Assembly: GCF_000143415.4 (NCBI RefSeq)
Contig: NW_003314265.1
Coordinates: forward strand, 1,047,864 to 1,111,863
From: Selaginella moellendorffii
Taxonomy: Eukaryota; Plantae; Lycopodiophyta
Reading direction: 5' to 3'
DNA length: 64,000 nucleotides
How positions within the stretch are numbered: position 1 is the stretch's first letter; the number at the start of each line of letters is the position of its first letter. Below the pieces are notes generated by a model. It was not told the origin of the DNA, made no database searches, and worked only from the letters and a program-made list of their open reading frames with translations. The position numbers were made by a program, and so were the translations under genes. Below are positions 11,461-25,100 of this stretch, piece by piece.

Positions 11461-12649
11461 GCCGCATGTAATGGGCCAAAATCTTCACGAACTTCTAAGG
11501 CTTCACAACCTCGATCGCGCTGCTGCTCTTCTCCCAGCCACTCGTCTCCTAAAACCCTCGAGCTCCTTAGTCTCCATGGGGTAACTGTACCTCCGTGATA
11601 CTTGAGTCATGACCATGTTTAGGTCCTTGCCACCGGGCCGACATGCTGACTCACCGATGCTCTGGAAGCTTTTGCCTTGGTCGCGCAAGAATTGGAAGCT
11701 CGGGCCGGAGCTTGTATCGTATCTGCCGTGCTGGCGATTCTTAATTATTTGCTGCCACTGCCACGGCGAGATCTCAGTGTACCTGTAATACAGACACAGC
11801 TTTCTTAGCCTTGACTGTTGAATTGAGAGACTCAAGAGTATGAACATACCTCCTCTTGATAGAGCTACGAATGTTGTGTAGCTTGCGGGCTGTGGCTTCC
11901 GAGACAGTTCCAAGAGCCTCGTAGATGACTCTCAAGGCCGCAACTTCTCTCTCGTAGTCCCTGCGAATCCTAGGCACCTCGCCCATATGCTGACGGCCGA
12001 GGCACGATAGCGTCGACCGAGGGAAGCTCTTGCTCCGCTTCACCTAGCCAAGATACTTCAAACGGGGGACCAAGGAACAGCAAAAGTACCACATTACCTC
12101 GGGAGCCAATCTCTGGTGGGAGCTTTCAAGCAACGGATCCGGCATAAGAACGTCTGTGAGGCTAGGCCCTGCAAGAGCAAGAGGGAATGAACGAAACAGT
12201 TCAAATTGCTTAAAAGGAAAACTCACCTGGATCTCTTGATGTCTCCCCTACAAAAGAGAAGAAAAGAAATTCTCCATGAGTATAGCAAGAGAATCAAGTT
12301 TTGTTCTACCGTTTTCATTCAGGCTCTGGCCGAGGTTTGCCGGATTTCTTGTGTTCTCGACCGTTCCTCCTCCGGAAGGGATGGCCTTCTCACAGCTATC
12401 ATCGGACGTTAGAGAGCAAAAACCAGAAACTCATAGCATACTTGACAATGCCACGCTCCGTGTCTTCCTCTACTGATGCATCCTCCACTGTGACAAGGAA
12501 AAAACACCAATACGGTCGAGTCAAAGAAGAATGAAAAACAGCATACAGGGCTGATTGATCTGGATGTTAACCATGGCGCACAGCCTCTCGTCGGCCCGGA
12601 ATTGGGCTCCTGGAGGAAACACGACGGCTTTAATAGAGCATCAATCTCT

Positions 12650-13700
12650 ATTCTCACCTGTGGAAGAGCTCGGCTTTGGCAAATCCCGCGAGCGAAATGC
12701 CGCGGAGAGCTAGAGAAACATCGGAAAAAATGCGATCGATGGAGAATTGCGAGAATGCCCTACCTGGAAGAGCAGGAAGAAGAATCGCAAGATGCCAGGA
12801 GATCGCAAGATCGTGGAACAAGGCGAGAATGTAGATTCTATTGGCATGGCGCCTCGCCATTGCGCCTCGCCATCGCCTCGCCCAGCGCCTCGCCAATACC
12901 TTTAGCCGAATAAAGGGTTTTAACCCTTTCATACCTTTGGAAAATGCCTTGATCGCCGCTACGATCAAGCCGCGAGCGTGGGCGGCTCCTCCAGCACTGG
13001 AAAAGCTGCGATCGGCGTAGCCGAGCATCATCGCGGTGGAGTGGAGGTCCATGCGATCGAACACCGCGCTTAGAGATCGATGAAGCGTGTGTTTGGTCCA
13101 AAGCCCGGATCCCCATCGCCCTCGCCAGAGAATCCATCTGTATGGATGCCCGATTCTTCTTCCTTGATCGAGAGCCTATAATCCAGCTTGCCCCAATTGT
13201 GTCTGGAAATACATTGGGAAAATTTCCCATAGCCGGCCATGAGCGCCGTCCAAGAGACCCCTCCACTTTCGAATCCACCGCGCAGCAGCGGTGGAAGAGC
13301 TCGATCGCCACCTCCGGCGATCCATTCTCCGCGAATCCCAGCATGAGGCGTTCCAGGACGAGGCGCTGCGCATCGAAGACTCCGCGAGCTTCGAAATCCA
13401 CGACCGCGGATCCTCCTCCTGTGCACTTGGGAGTGGCCTCTTCGCCTGTCCCTGGCAGTGCCCATCACCAATGCCACCACATTTGCAGCAGACCGCTGTT
13501 GCCGGCAGTGCGCTAGGCGAGCGCCTCCGGATCAAGAACACCGCGCTGGGATTGCTTCGCAGGGATCATCAGCTGGTAAGAAGTAGCGACCTTCCAGAGC
13601 ACCAAGTCGTCCATGTCACTACTGTTGGCTTGAAAGGCTTCCTTCTAGCGCCAAGAAGATCAATCACGGCGTCGTGATTCCATACCTCCTTTGCACTCCT
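12650..13700 (-). pseudogene. Degenerate PLS-class pentatricopeptide-repeat (PPR) pseudogene
   Basis: PPR pieces are scattered over several frames: KCGGIGDG, EARGVFD..LMLGFAENGSPEVAIELF, VSWTALMAGYG, VFDRMDLHSTAMMLGYA. Confidence 0.7.
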
Positions 13701-14943
13701 GAGATATGGTATGGAATCACTGCTGAGATCGAGTAATAATCATAAGTTTTAACTTGATCATAGCTTTTAGTTTTTTCTTTTCCTTACTAGTTATTCTAAC
13801 CTAGATTCTTTTGGTAGGCAGAAAACAGGTAAAGTAGTTGACGTCAAACAACGTCATGAGTTATATAGGTTATCTAAGGACACCAGTATATGTTTCAGTT
13901 TATGGCAGCACAACAATTCTGAGAATTCAATGCCCCTTAGTGCCTTCACAGTGTCGGTTTCAGAAGCAACAATGAAATCTTTTGATTTTGTTCCTACCAT
14001 AGAATGTGTGGGAATATCCTAGGATATCCATTTGGCTAATAACCAAGATTTTGGCATGGAGTATTAAGTTCATGATGTTTTCATTTCCATGAGGTGGAAT
14101 CTATCCCCATACATTGGAATTCTGGTTTGCCACACTATATAGCACTAGAAAATGTCCAAGCCTTTTAGGATGAGGGAATATTCTAGAGACTTAGAATATC
14201 TTATGTGCTCTCTCAAGGTGGAATCTAAACTGTGAACGCAAGAATAAGGTGGTGATGAGCTAGTACCACAACAAGTTTGCTTCCCACATTCTTCACGACA
14301 GGTTAAAAAAGTAATATTTAACAAATTACACCACATCCAATAGCGTAGATTCGGCCCACAAAATTTGGTGATTGCTCTTTATAGCAATGGACTAATAATT
14401 TGCTAAGCCAATGTTAGGTAGTTAAGAAGTGCTTAATGTATCCACACCTCTTTGAATTATAAATGCTCAAACTTTGGCATTATGATTCATTCATGAAGCT
14501 TTAGCATTGGCCAAATCTGTTTCAATTATGAAATAAAGGTTATGATGGTTAGATATGTTTGGGATTTCATGTTGGAGGTTTTATGTAGAGGGAAAAGTGG
14601 TATGTTTTGGAAGGCCATAGATGTTTGTGAAAAGAAGCTCAATTCTTTTTGAATCTGAACATGCACACAACTCCAGGGGACGTCAATAGGCTTCTGATTA
14701 TAATGAAACTTGGACTTGAGAAACTGTTGAACACTGGCCTTATAGCCCTCACAGTCTTCCAATTGTTGCCTCCCCACACCCCAGGTCCTATCCATTGGCA
14801 AGGGTTTGAAAGCACAAAGAACCTGGGGTTAAGCAAATACTTTTGCCTTTTCTAAAATTGAGTGATTTTTGGTTCTTGTTTGCTTTTAAACCTGTAAGCA
14901 AGATGTTTTCAATGGAAGCAAAGAAGACCTTTATGTGCTCAAG

Positions 14944-16735
14944 TCCAGTCCTGATCGTGATGGTGAAGATATCTACAATCATAGTCCTTTTTTTTATCAT
15001 TATATAGAATTCTTCACTAACCTGCAAGGAAAATAAAAGTACAAAATGCTAATTTTGGGATCACATCAGCTCCAGATCACCAGCCTGCCTCCACTATGTG
15101 CTGAAGCAAAGAGGTTCGACCAATGAAGCTCCTAAGAGTATGGCCACTACATGATTTGGCTATGGTGCTTTAATTGCATTAAACACACCTTGCTCCAGCC
15201 AACGGTAACCAAAGTTCTGCCAATTCTTCATTGGCCAAACAAACATCTACAAAATTTTTACTGAAACCATGCAGATTGAGGTTGCCTTGCTCCTATATTG
15301 GACAGTTGAGAGCCTCTCCTCCTTATCAATTTATTGTTGCAGACTAGTAATGCCCACCAAATGGTGGGTAAATACGAAAAGCTAGAGATCACAAACTATT
15401 GTTACATATATTTAAATCATATATAGAAATATCAAATTATAAATATATATTTCAGTTTTATCTATAGAAATCTTCTAGAAAAAAGTGTACTAGTGTAGTG
15501 CAAAAGAAAGCATGTGTATACACATGCATCATTAATGCATGAATTTAAATAATAATACTTGAATTAGGGCTTTGAATAATTAAAACCATGCACTTTTTAT
15601 TTATAAAGTCACCTTATAAAGAAAAAGGCAAAAAGGCACATCACAAATTTTGTGGGAACTTTGAGATTAATCTAAATGAATAATAACAATTAGATGGTTG
15701 AATATATTGTAGGTATATTCACCACCACCTAACCAAACCAAAATATAGCTGGAACTCTTGTTTAATATTGGTTTTATACTCTTGAGGTATTGTTCATATA
15801 CTCTATAGATAAATATTTTTACTTTCTATTTCTATTTTTATTATCACTGAAACTCCAGCCAGGTTGTGGATAATGCCGGCAATGAAGGTGTTTCAGTTGT
15901 ATGATTGTGGTTGTGATGATTAACATGTATATTTTTTAAAGCACACAAGAAGATTAGAAATAGTTTCTACAAGGAAAGGATTGAGATCATATGTCCTTGG
16001 CCAAAGCTGAAATAAAATGATAGAAGGTAATGCTAAAAGCCATAGAGACCACAACAACTATCATGTCCTATTCAAAGAAGCTAATCAAGAAATACCATCA
16101 AAGTACTCAACTCTAGCTAATATCCCTTCATGAAATCACAATGATGAGGGTTGCATTCAAGAAGATTGTTCCTTGCAATCAAGAGAGATGCTTTTAACTT
16201 TTGATATATTTTCATGCATGCTTATAATCACTTAATAGATTATCTTGTCATTATAAACTGTAAACATATTGATTTCCAAATGTTACTTAGATTTTTAAAT
16301 TTTAGTTTGATAATTTTCATGGTTTGTAAAAAATAAAAATGGTTAATATTTAATGTAAATAAGTTTGAAGTGATCGTTATTTCAGATCTTACGTCGTTTA
16401 TAAGACGCCCGCGCTCGCTAGAAGGAGGGTGCCAGTATAGCTTGCACGTGTGTCACGGTAATGTACAATGGTACAGCTACAATCGTGAGGAGCCAGCTTC
16501 CTTTTTGTGGCAGAAGGTAGTTCACGTAAAATGATAGCAAATCTCAAGTCACATTCCAATCCTTTAAGCTCTCTCTCTCTCTCTCTCGCCGCCTTGGTTT
16601 GCTCTATCTCTCGCTTGCTGGGCGCTCTCTGGGCTTGCTCTATCTCTGCTGCGCTTCTCCACATGAGCTTCACCCGGATCATCCAGCCGGTCGCTACAAT
16701 GAAGATCAAGCGCTTCTTCACCATGCTCAAGCCAG
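14944..16735 (+). repeat. 1.8-kb direct duplication, copy 2 (ends at assembly gap)
   Basis: Near-identical to 6002-7802. Confidence 0.95.
16663..16735 (+). CDS. 5' end of a second HSP20-like copy, cut by the gap
   Basis: MSFTRIIQPVATMKIKRFFTMLKP is identical to 7730-7802. Confidence 0.55.
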
Positions 16736-16835
16736 NNNNNNNNNNNNNNNNNNNNNNNNNNNNNNNNNNNNNNNNNNNNNNNNNNNNNNNNNNNNNNNNN
16801 NNNNNNNNNNNNNNNNNNNNNNNNNNNNNNNNNNN
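16736..16835. other. Assembly gap (100 N, true size unknown)
   Basis: Run of 100 N. Confidence 0.99.
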
Positions 16836-17100
<265 letters not shown>

Positions 17101-19140
17101 AAATGATATTAGTTCTAGGTAGCATATGGGAAAATTAGCCGACCTGCTATTGCACTTGCTTGTCTTCAAACTGATTTTATAGCTGAATTCTACGTTAAGC
17201 CATTGTAGGACGACACGTCTACTACCAAATTCCTCGGTACTTCAAAACATGAAGTCCACTTTTGGGGGAAGACAATTTCACCAGGCTTTTGTAATGCAAA
17301 AGAAGATTTCACTTGTAGTTCTTTAAAAAAGATGAAATCTCATTTCTAAAAAAGATTGATTTGCACAACCAGATCTTGTTTTCCTCTCTTAGGATCTTAG
17401 ATGCATAAGCATCTGCATGGCTCTCCAGAGTCGGTCCCAAGCCCAAATGTCTATAGATTATATCTATCTATCTCTTTTTTTTTTTTTTCGCAAGTAGACA
17501 ATATCACCTTCTCCATCAGATGATGATCTCAAAATATGGCATATTCTGCTCACTAGAATATCCTAGGGTGCCAAGGTTATTTAAAGAATCTTGGCCTCCA
17601 GGGCTAGAAATTGCCCAAGGTGTATGGCCCAAGGCCCTAAACCCTATTTTATTATCAATAAGATATCTTAATGTATGAAAATATTATTTATTTTATATAT
17701 ATTAATGACAATATAACTAACACCTTCCAATGTTGAAGTTATTGGAGATTTAATATTATTTTCTTAATTATATAGGAAGGATGCATTCTCAAGAAGATTT
17801 TATATATGTTTTGGATTTGTTACAGGAACTTTAAAGAGTATAAACATGGTACATTGCATTACCATATAAAATATGTTGCACTATATTAATTTATGAAAGG
17901 ATGAATCCTCATCCATAAATTTATTTTACGTTGTATTCAAACCTAAATTGTAGGTATATGCTCTAAATATCATTGAGCAGTGTTTGCATATATAGATAAA
18001 ACTTGATGCATTCTAAGAATCAAATCTATGTCATTAAAGTATTACCATTACTAACATCACTTAGCACTAAAGATTTGACAAACTAATAACACTTCATATA
18101 TAACTGGATATCTTGGATCTCCATGCCAAAGTAGAATGTCATTACTGACAATTAGACTTCATGTGTTAAAAACCCTTTCTTGGATTTGCGTGTATACATT
18201 AGACACTATAACACATATGTAGCACACATGGATTTCACCATTTACCCTATTGTGTTTTACCATAGGATAACCATAAAGTAGAACATAAACCCTTGGATAT
18301 ATGACCTAAGGGCAACAAAGTGGAACATAAGTTTTAGGGCCTTGATGTCACGAATGTGACTATAAATATCCAAAAGAACTCGTTGATAGATAACTTTCAA
18401 TACCTATAGTCACTTGATACCAAATGTAGTGCTCATAGTTTTCACCCTTTATCCTAGGTGATTTATCATAGGATAACTACAAAGTGGAACATAAACTCTT
18501 TATATGCCATGTCCTACATGCCACGTGTCCAAGGATAGTGGAGTGGAACCCAAGTTTCAGGGCTTTGGGCCACTGAATGAAAGAACAAAGCCAAACTCCC
18601 AAGTTTGCAACTTATGAGCGAAAGAATCAAAGCATGGAATGACTCTTAACCATGCAACCCAAGGAGCGAAAGGACAAAAGCATGGAGTGATATTAAAATA
18701 GTCCTAGAGCATCCAATGTTCCAATGCTAGGATTAGTATGTAAAATGAGAGCTAAACTATGCTTCAAGTTAATAGGCCATGCCCAACTTACACATTATCT
18801 CTATTATACATTTGGAACCCCCTACATGCCCCCCTCCCTATAGCACATGTGGTTTTTACCCTTTATCCTATAGTGATTTACCATAGGATAACCACAAAGT
18901 AGAACCTAAACCCATCATGTACTATATGTCACATGCCACATGCCATGTGTCCAAAGGACAGTGGTGTGGAACCCAAGTTTCAGGGCCTTGGGCCACTGAA
19001 CGAAAGAACAGTGCTAAAATCCCAAGCATGGAGCCAAGGAGCAATAGCATTAGAGCACAAAATGACAAACTTATAGCCCTAGGAGCCAATAGATAAGAGT
19101 ACAAAACAATTTGGAATAGTCTTAGAGTATCCAGCATCCT

Positions 19141-22100
19141 TGTCGCGAATGTGACTTCGGGTATCGAAAGTTACCTGTCGACTAGTCCTTACGGACACTC
19201 TTACCTTACTGCCACGATGGCAGGAGGTCGGTATTGCTGGACCCGTTATCAGTTTCCCACTTGAGCTAGTTGAGAAACTGGTCAATGACCGTGTACTTAG
19301 ATCGGATAAACATAAGGTAGGAACCCTATGTGTTTCTTGCTGAGCATACTCGGCCTGGTTTGAGAAACTCCTGTCATTGGCTTGCACTTGCTAGTATCAA
19401 GAACCCCCGCGATATTGAGATTGGTCCCTCAATATCGCTAGATGATAGCTTACCGTGTCTGCCAAACACCCTCGCTATCATGCCCTTTGTGTTAGTCTCA
19501 TTTTGGTCCAAATGCTATTTATGGAAAGTGTCCAGATTTGCTCATTTGGCATGTAGAGATTGTCCTGAACACAATGGTGTTCATCCCGTGTCCAAATTCG
19601 CAATCTAGGGACATTCCATATTTAGTAAGTTTCGAGCTTGTCCCAGAGACTAACTCTTGATACTAAGGGAGGCTTGGGGTGAAAGCCCAAAGCGTGTGTT
19701 CCTCAAGGGGGGGGGGGCTATGGGGGGTTCCAAATGTATAGTAGGGATAGTGGGTAGGTCGGGCATGGCCGACCAACCTGAGGCATAGTCTAGCTCCCGC
19801 TTGCGTGCCTGTCCTTGTTCTGCGTCCGGCTTGGGTCTAAGCCCAAGTTCCATTCCATGCTAGTTGGTGGAGTACCCATATCCTCGCGTTAGGCCACCGG
19901 TATGCCGAAATAGCGCCAGACTCCGTTTGGCTCCATTTTGCGTGCTGGTCTTGGCATTGGGATGCTGGTTACTCTAGGATTGTTCCAAGTCACTCCGGGC
20001 TCCTGTCCCTTCGCTCCTTGGGCTTTATGCTCGGGAGTTGCTCCGTGATTCGGTTCCATCACTCCTTGGCTTCATGCTTGGGAGTTTGGCACCGTTCCTT
20101 CGTTCAGTGGCCCAAGGCTCTGAACCTCGGGTTCCTATGGACACGTGGCATGGACACATGGCATGTGACACGTGGCATCTGTCACGTGGCACAAAGAGGG
20201 TTTAGGTTCCGCTTCGTGGTGTTATCCTATGGTAAATGACCATAGGATAAAGGGTCAAAACCACGTGCGCTACATTTGGTATCAGAGGATGAGTCTCAGC
20301 GAGTACTATACAATGAGATTGGGCAACTAGTCTTGTTGCATACGCAGAGATGAAAACGATGATCCAAGTGGGTACACGTTTTGGTGCAAAGGGTTCACAT
20401 TCGTTCCTTGGATATGGTTTTGGTTACCTTTTGTACCTAATAATGTGAGCTTGCTCTTGGGCTCATAGGATGGATTTGAAATGCTCCATTAGCACGAGTT
20501 TGAGCTTGGGCTCATGAGTGAGACGCATTAGCAACTTGAGGTTATACTTTGAGTTGGCAGGATTAGTGTTAGCCTATTGGTGGTTCTATGAGTTGTTCCA
20601 ATTAGTTCCATGAGTAGTTCCATGTACCATGGGTTAAAGCAAACCTTTCCCTAAGTTTGCTATGAGTGGCAAATAAGGCTGGTCCGTAGCTATTTAGCAC
20701 GGCACTAGTGGATCCTTCCTAGGCATGATTATAAGTTGATCAATCAAGACTATAGGGATTAGTCTATTGATTCAAGTGGTCATGGCCGTGCTCTCTCATA
20801 AACTTTTCTTCGATTGAACTGAAGGCAGTGCGAAAGCAAGCTTGAGGTTTGGTCAAAAAGGAGACCGAAAAGAGAGTCATCGGGGACGGAGGATCAAATA
20901 CGTAAATCATTTTCTCTTGGAGATATAATTTGCAACGAGGTGTTAATTCATTGCTCGTGTTCACATTATGCAATCAAGAGTCCCTACCTTGATGCATGTT
21001 GGAAATGATAGTCTTACAAATGGCAAGTTGTGGGATGGATAACGGTGAAGCATTATACCATTTTGTCTAGGCTTGCTATTGGAAGACTTGGGTTGCAATG
21101 CTCAATTCTTTTCTGGAGAACCTTGCTATTGCTCCTTGAGTAGCTTGGTGTTGGGTTAAGTTTTGAGTTTGGTCGGAAAGCGAGTGGCATGAGCTTGTCC
21201 GTGTTGTGAACAAAAGTTGGTGGTGTTCAGTGTTGTAAATCTCTATCAGTGGAGTGTGGCATTTATGTTGCATTTTGTCAAATCAAGTTGGCACTTGATA
21301 CTCACATAAACCTTTGAAGTAATGACATTGCCATTGCTCGTGGTGTTGCTCAATTGATGATCAAGTCATTGTGATTTCCATATCATATCCATGTGATAAT
21401 GAGCAATGTGTTTACGAAGTTGCTTGGTTAATGATGATCAACCCCAAAGTGGTTGATGGAGAAGCTAGTCTACTTGCAAGTAGTAGCATTGTAGTAGCTT
21501 TGACGGGATTCTCAATAGTGGTCCATTATACTAAGCTTAAGTTGGTACGTTGTTCCTTTGAGAGTTGGCCCATAAAGGTGTTGGAAAAGAGTTGTAGCAT
21601 TTGCTATAACTCATTAGTTGATCTATTAACACTTGGAGTAGATTGTTGGATAGAGAAGGTGTGAGGTTGAGGCATTGACATTACTAGCACTTGTGTTAGT
21701 GGAAGTGGCATTGTTGATTTGAGTGATGAGGAATTTTCCTTAGAGCTTGATTTTCCATGTCATTTTTCTTGTTAGTGTTTTGGCTTCACATTGGATCTTG
21801 AAGGTGGTTGAAGAAAAGTGTTAGTGCAATATGGATATCTGAAGATGTGGTCTTCGTGATCAAGCCTTGGATATTCCATTTGCATTTTATGGATGTCGGT
21901 GTTGGATGTCGGAAGTATGGGCAGAAAGATGTTCGAGGCTTAAGCATACTATGGATCATGAGAATTTGTGTTGAGGTGAACCTATGTGAAGTTGTTGGTA
22001 GGAGGAAATTGGTTGAGTTTTGAAAGTTTGCATTTCTAGACTGAAAGTCATTCTTTCTCTAGAATGGAAAGATTTTCCACAAATTTTCTTAGACTTTTCC

Positions 22101-25100
22101 AATAGCTGATCTGTTATCACTTTGCTCGAAAACCATTCCGTTTTCGAAAGCCAATACAAACTAGTGAAGGGGTTGGAGTTGACTTCAATTAGCTTAGACC
22201 TTAGTAAATAGTTTGTATGATGCGACCCGAAAGGGATGCTGACTTTTGAGGCTAAGGCAATTGAGTTGGATAGAGTCTAGAGTTGGTGTAGAAAAGTGGC
22301 TGTTGCACTTTTCTAAGAAGGGTGACCCTTGTGCCTTTCTTTTGTAGCGTTATGCTTGGTGGCAGGTTGCACTTTGCATTTCGTTAGACTCTATGAGAGT
22401 AGTGAGCTCTCACTGATCTTGACTTGGTCTTGGTGGCCCTACGCCTTGGCTGAGGATAGTGATGTCCAACTTAGTTGTTTAAGTTTGAGATGTTGGTACC
22501 CGTACTATAGCTTTGTCTAAGTGGAGGTTGTGTACTAACATGAGTCCATCTCATGGTCTTCACTTAAGTTTCGACTTAGTGTTGATCATGTGTAGCTAGC
22601 CTCTTCAAGGCATGCTCAGAGCTATTGACTAGATGCATTGGTGAGCTTATTACAGTTGAGTTGGATTCGAGTGGTCATCTAGTTTGTGCTTGTCCATGAA
22701 CCAATATCTTGTACTTGGGGTGTTCTGTTCATGTTGGACAAGTATATGACTCAATGACACAAGTTTAGTGTTCGGGTCTTTATGAAAGCAAGTTGACAAG
22801 TGGTTGTTAGTTGCTTGGCAACTAGTGATTACTTGTAGACTTTGTCAAAAGACTATTGATACTTGCTTCGCTCGATGAAGATTTATCAGTGATGGGCTTG
22901 CTTTACCGAATGGGGTTGCGGAAGATCGTGTCGTTAAACTTACATGGGTTTTCCATGTTGGCATGTCGACCCTATCTCTGTCGATATCATTTGGTTGCGT
23001 TTAGTTCATAGTGTTGGATTTCATTGAGTCTTGGACGTGGTGATTCACTCCTTGAGGAAGTGTTATCTGTAACTGAGTTTTGCTAAAGGATTGGTCTCGG
23101 ATATTGACTAAAGTATCTTCGACTTTGGTTAGCTTAGTTGCTAGAGAGTTTTGAGTGGTGATTCACTCGTGCTTTCTTTTAGCTTTGTTATAGTGTTGAT
23201 GACATTGAAGTGATGCCTTGCCGTTGACAATATTGATGTTGAGATTCAAGTGAAATGAGATATCTCTCTCTCGATTGATATTGAGTTTCATTAGTCTTGA
23301 TAGATATAGTGTTGATGATTTGGTTGTAGCTTTATGTTATTGGCATTCATACATTTGCTAGTTAGCGACTGTGTTGACGTTCAAATGAACTAAATTACAA
23401 GTTTGAGTTAGTTGTGTTCTAGACAAGATTATTTAGTAGGGGTTAAGCTTTGGCTTTTCCTTGAAAAGTGGTTTAGTCATGGACTATGCTAACTCTACAA
23501 GTGGAAGAGTTAGTGATTGATATAGGAATATTTGAATCCTTATGGGATTTTAGTTGAAATATATCGATCATTGATGATTCTTCTTGTGCTTGTTATGAAG
23601 TGAGTTACGTCTACCTATAGATGGATTCATGGAGGATCGTTTGGTGATCACTTGTTGAGCATAGCTTTGTTATGCTTAGCTTTGGATTGATGCAGACATG
23701 CTCTTCATTAGCTTTGCATTATGAAGTATAGCTTATGGATGTGTTGAAGCGGATGTCGTGGGTTATACCATGATTTCTTCTTTAGCATTGAAGTTAGTTT
23801 ATGCGAAACTCGTGATCATTGCTAGGTAAAAATACTTAGCTATAGGCTTCTTCGAGCTTTTGGTTATTTGAGTTTTTATGCTCATTATTCCATTTGTTAG
23901 GAGTTGTTGGGGGAAGGCATTTTTGCTCATTAGCTTCGATGTTGATGTTAGTCTTTGCATCTAGTAATCATTGATGATGATTGACTATCATCTAAGATAG
24001 TTGATTATCCTTGTCAAGGGTTTTGCTTGATTATTGTTGGTATAGAATGATTTGCTGTTCTTCGGGATAGTAGATTCTTTCTTCGATGATGATTATGCAT
24101 TTCTCTATTGATAGGATGATTGATGATCTTTTATGGTGGTTAGTTGTTCTCTTTGATGGCTTGTGGCTTTTCGCAATATCACATGTTCTTTGTGATTTGC
24201 TCTGGATTGGTCTCTTGGGTTTGAGACATCAGTAGGATGTTGCTGACACTTGCTTAGGCGACTTGAGTTCCTTGGTGTTGTTGGCTGGGATCTGTTCAGA
24301 TTGATTCGTGTGATAGTTGACATGATCGAGTGTTTGTTGGTCATGCAACATTCATTCTATTCTGTTGATTATTGCTCGAGTTTGTTCTGATAGATTGGAA
24401 TGTTATTTCCTCCGGGTGATACATTCGCGAGCATTTTGCTTGCTTGTCGATGATACTTGGTGTTCTTTGAGTTATCTCTAGTAAGTTGTTTGGCATACTG
24501 TCTACCATCTTCAATAGTGCAGTTTCATTATTGAGTTTCCTTGATGATATACTTGCTATTGAATTTTGTTGGATGGTCAATCCTATGTTTTCCAAACATT
24601 ATGATCTTGGTGGTTCCTATTTACAATCATATTGGTTTATCGGATGATAACTTACTTGGAATACTTTTGTGTTCTAATCTAAGATATATTTGGGCCAGTA
24701 TAGGCAGACTGGCTTCGGCACTTCGTGTGCATGTTGAAATCTCTAGTCATGGGGTAGCTACTGTCGACTGGTCACATAACTCGCCTCTTTGTCGATGTTC
24801 CTTAGTCCGTTGAAAGGGTGTGACCGTGTAAACAACTCTAACTGCCTGTTTACAGTAGTCTATCTAAACCTTACCGACGGGTTTGGTTTCTTTGCTTAGG
24901 AGGGTTGGGGCCTCTGGCTTCTCTCTCTATGTTCCTGCGGGCAGGGCATATCACACTTTTGTAAGCTGGGTGACTCCCAGAGCAGCAGGGGTGGCTGACT
25001 CCGTTGGTCATTTCCTTGTCGGCGACGGCCGGAAGGTGTCTGAGCTGGTAGCGCATCCGCGTTAGATAAAGAGGTTGCCCCCTAACTCATTTAAGTTGGT

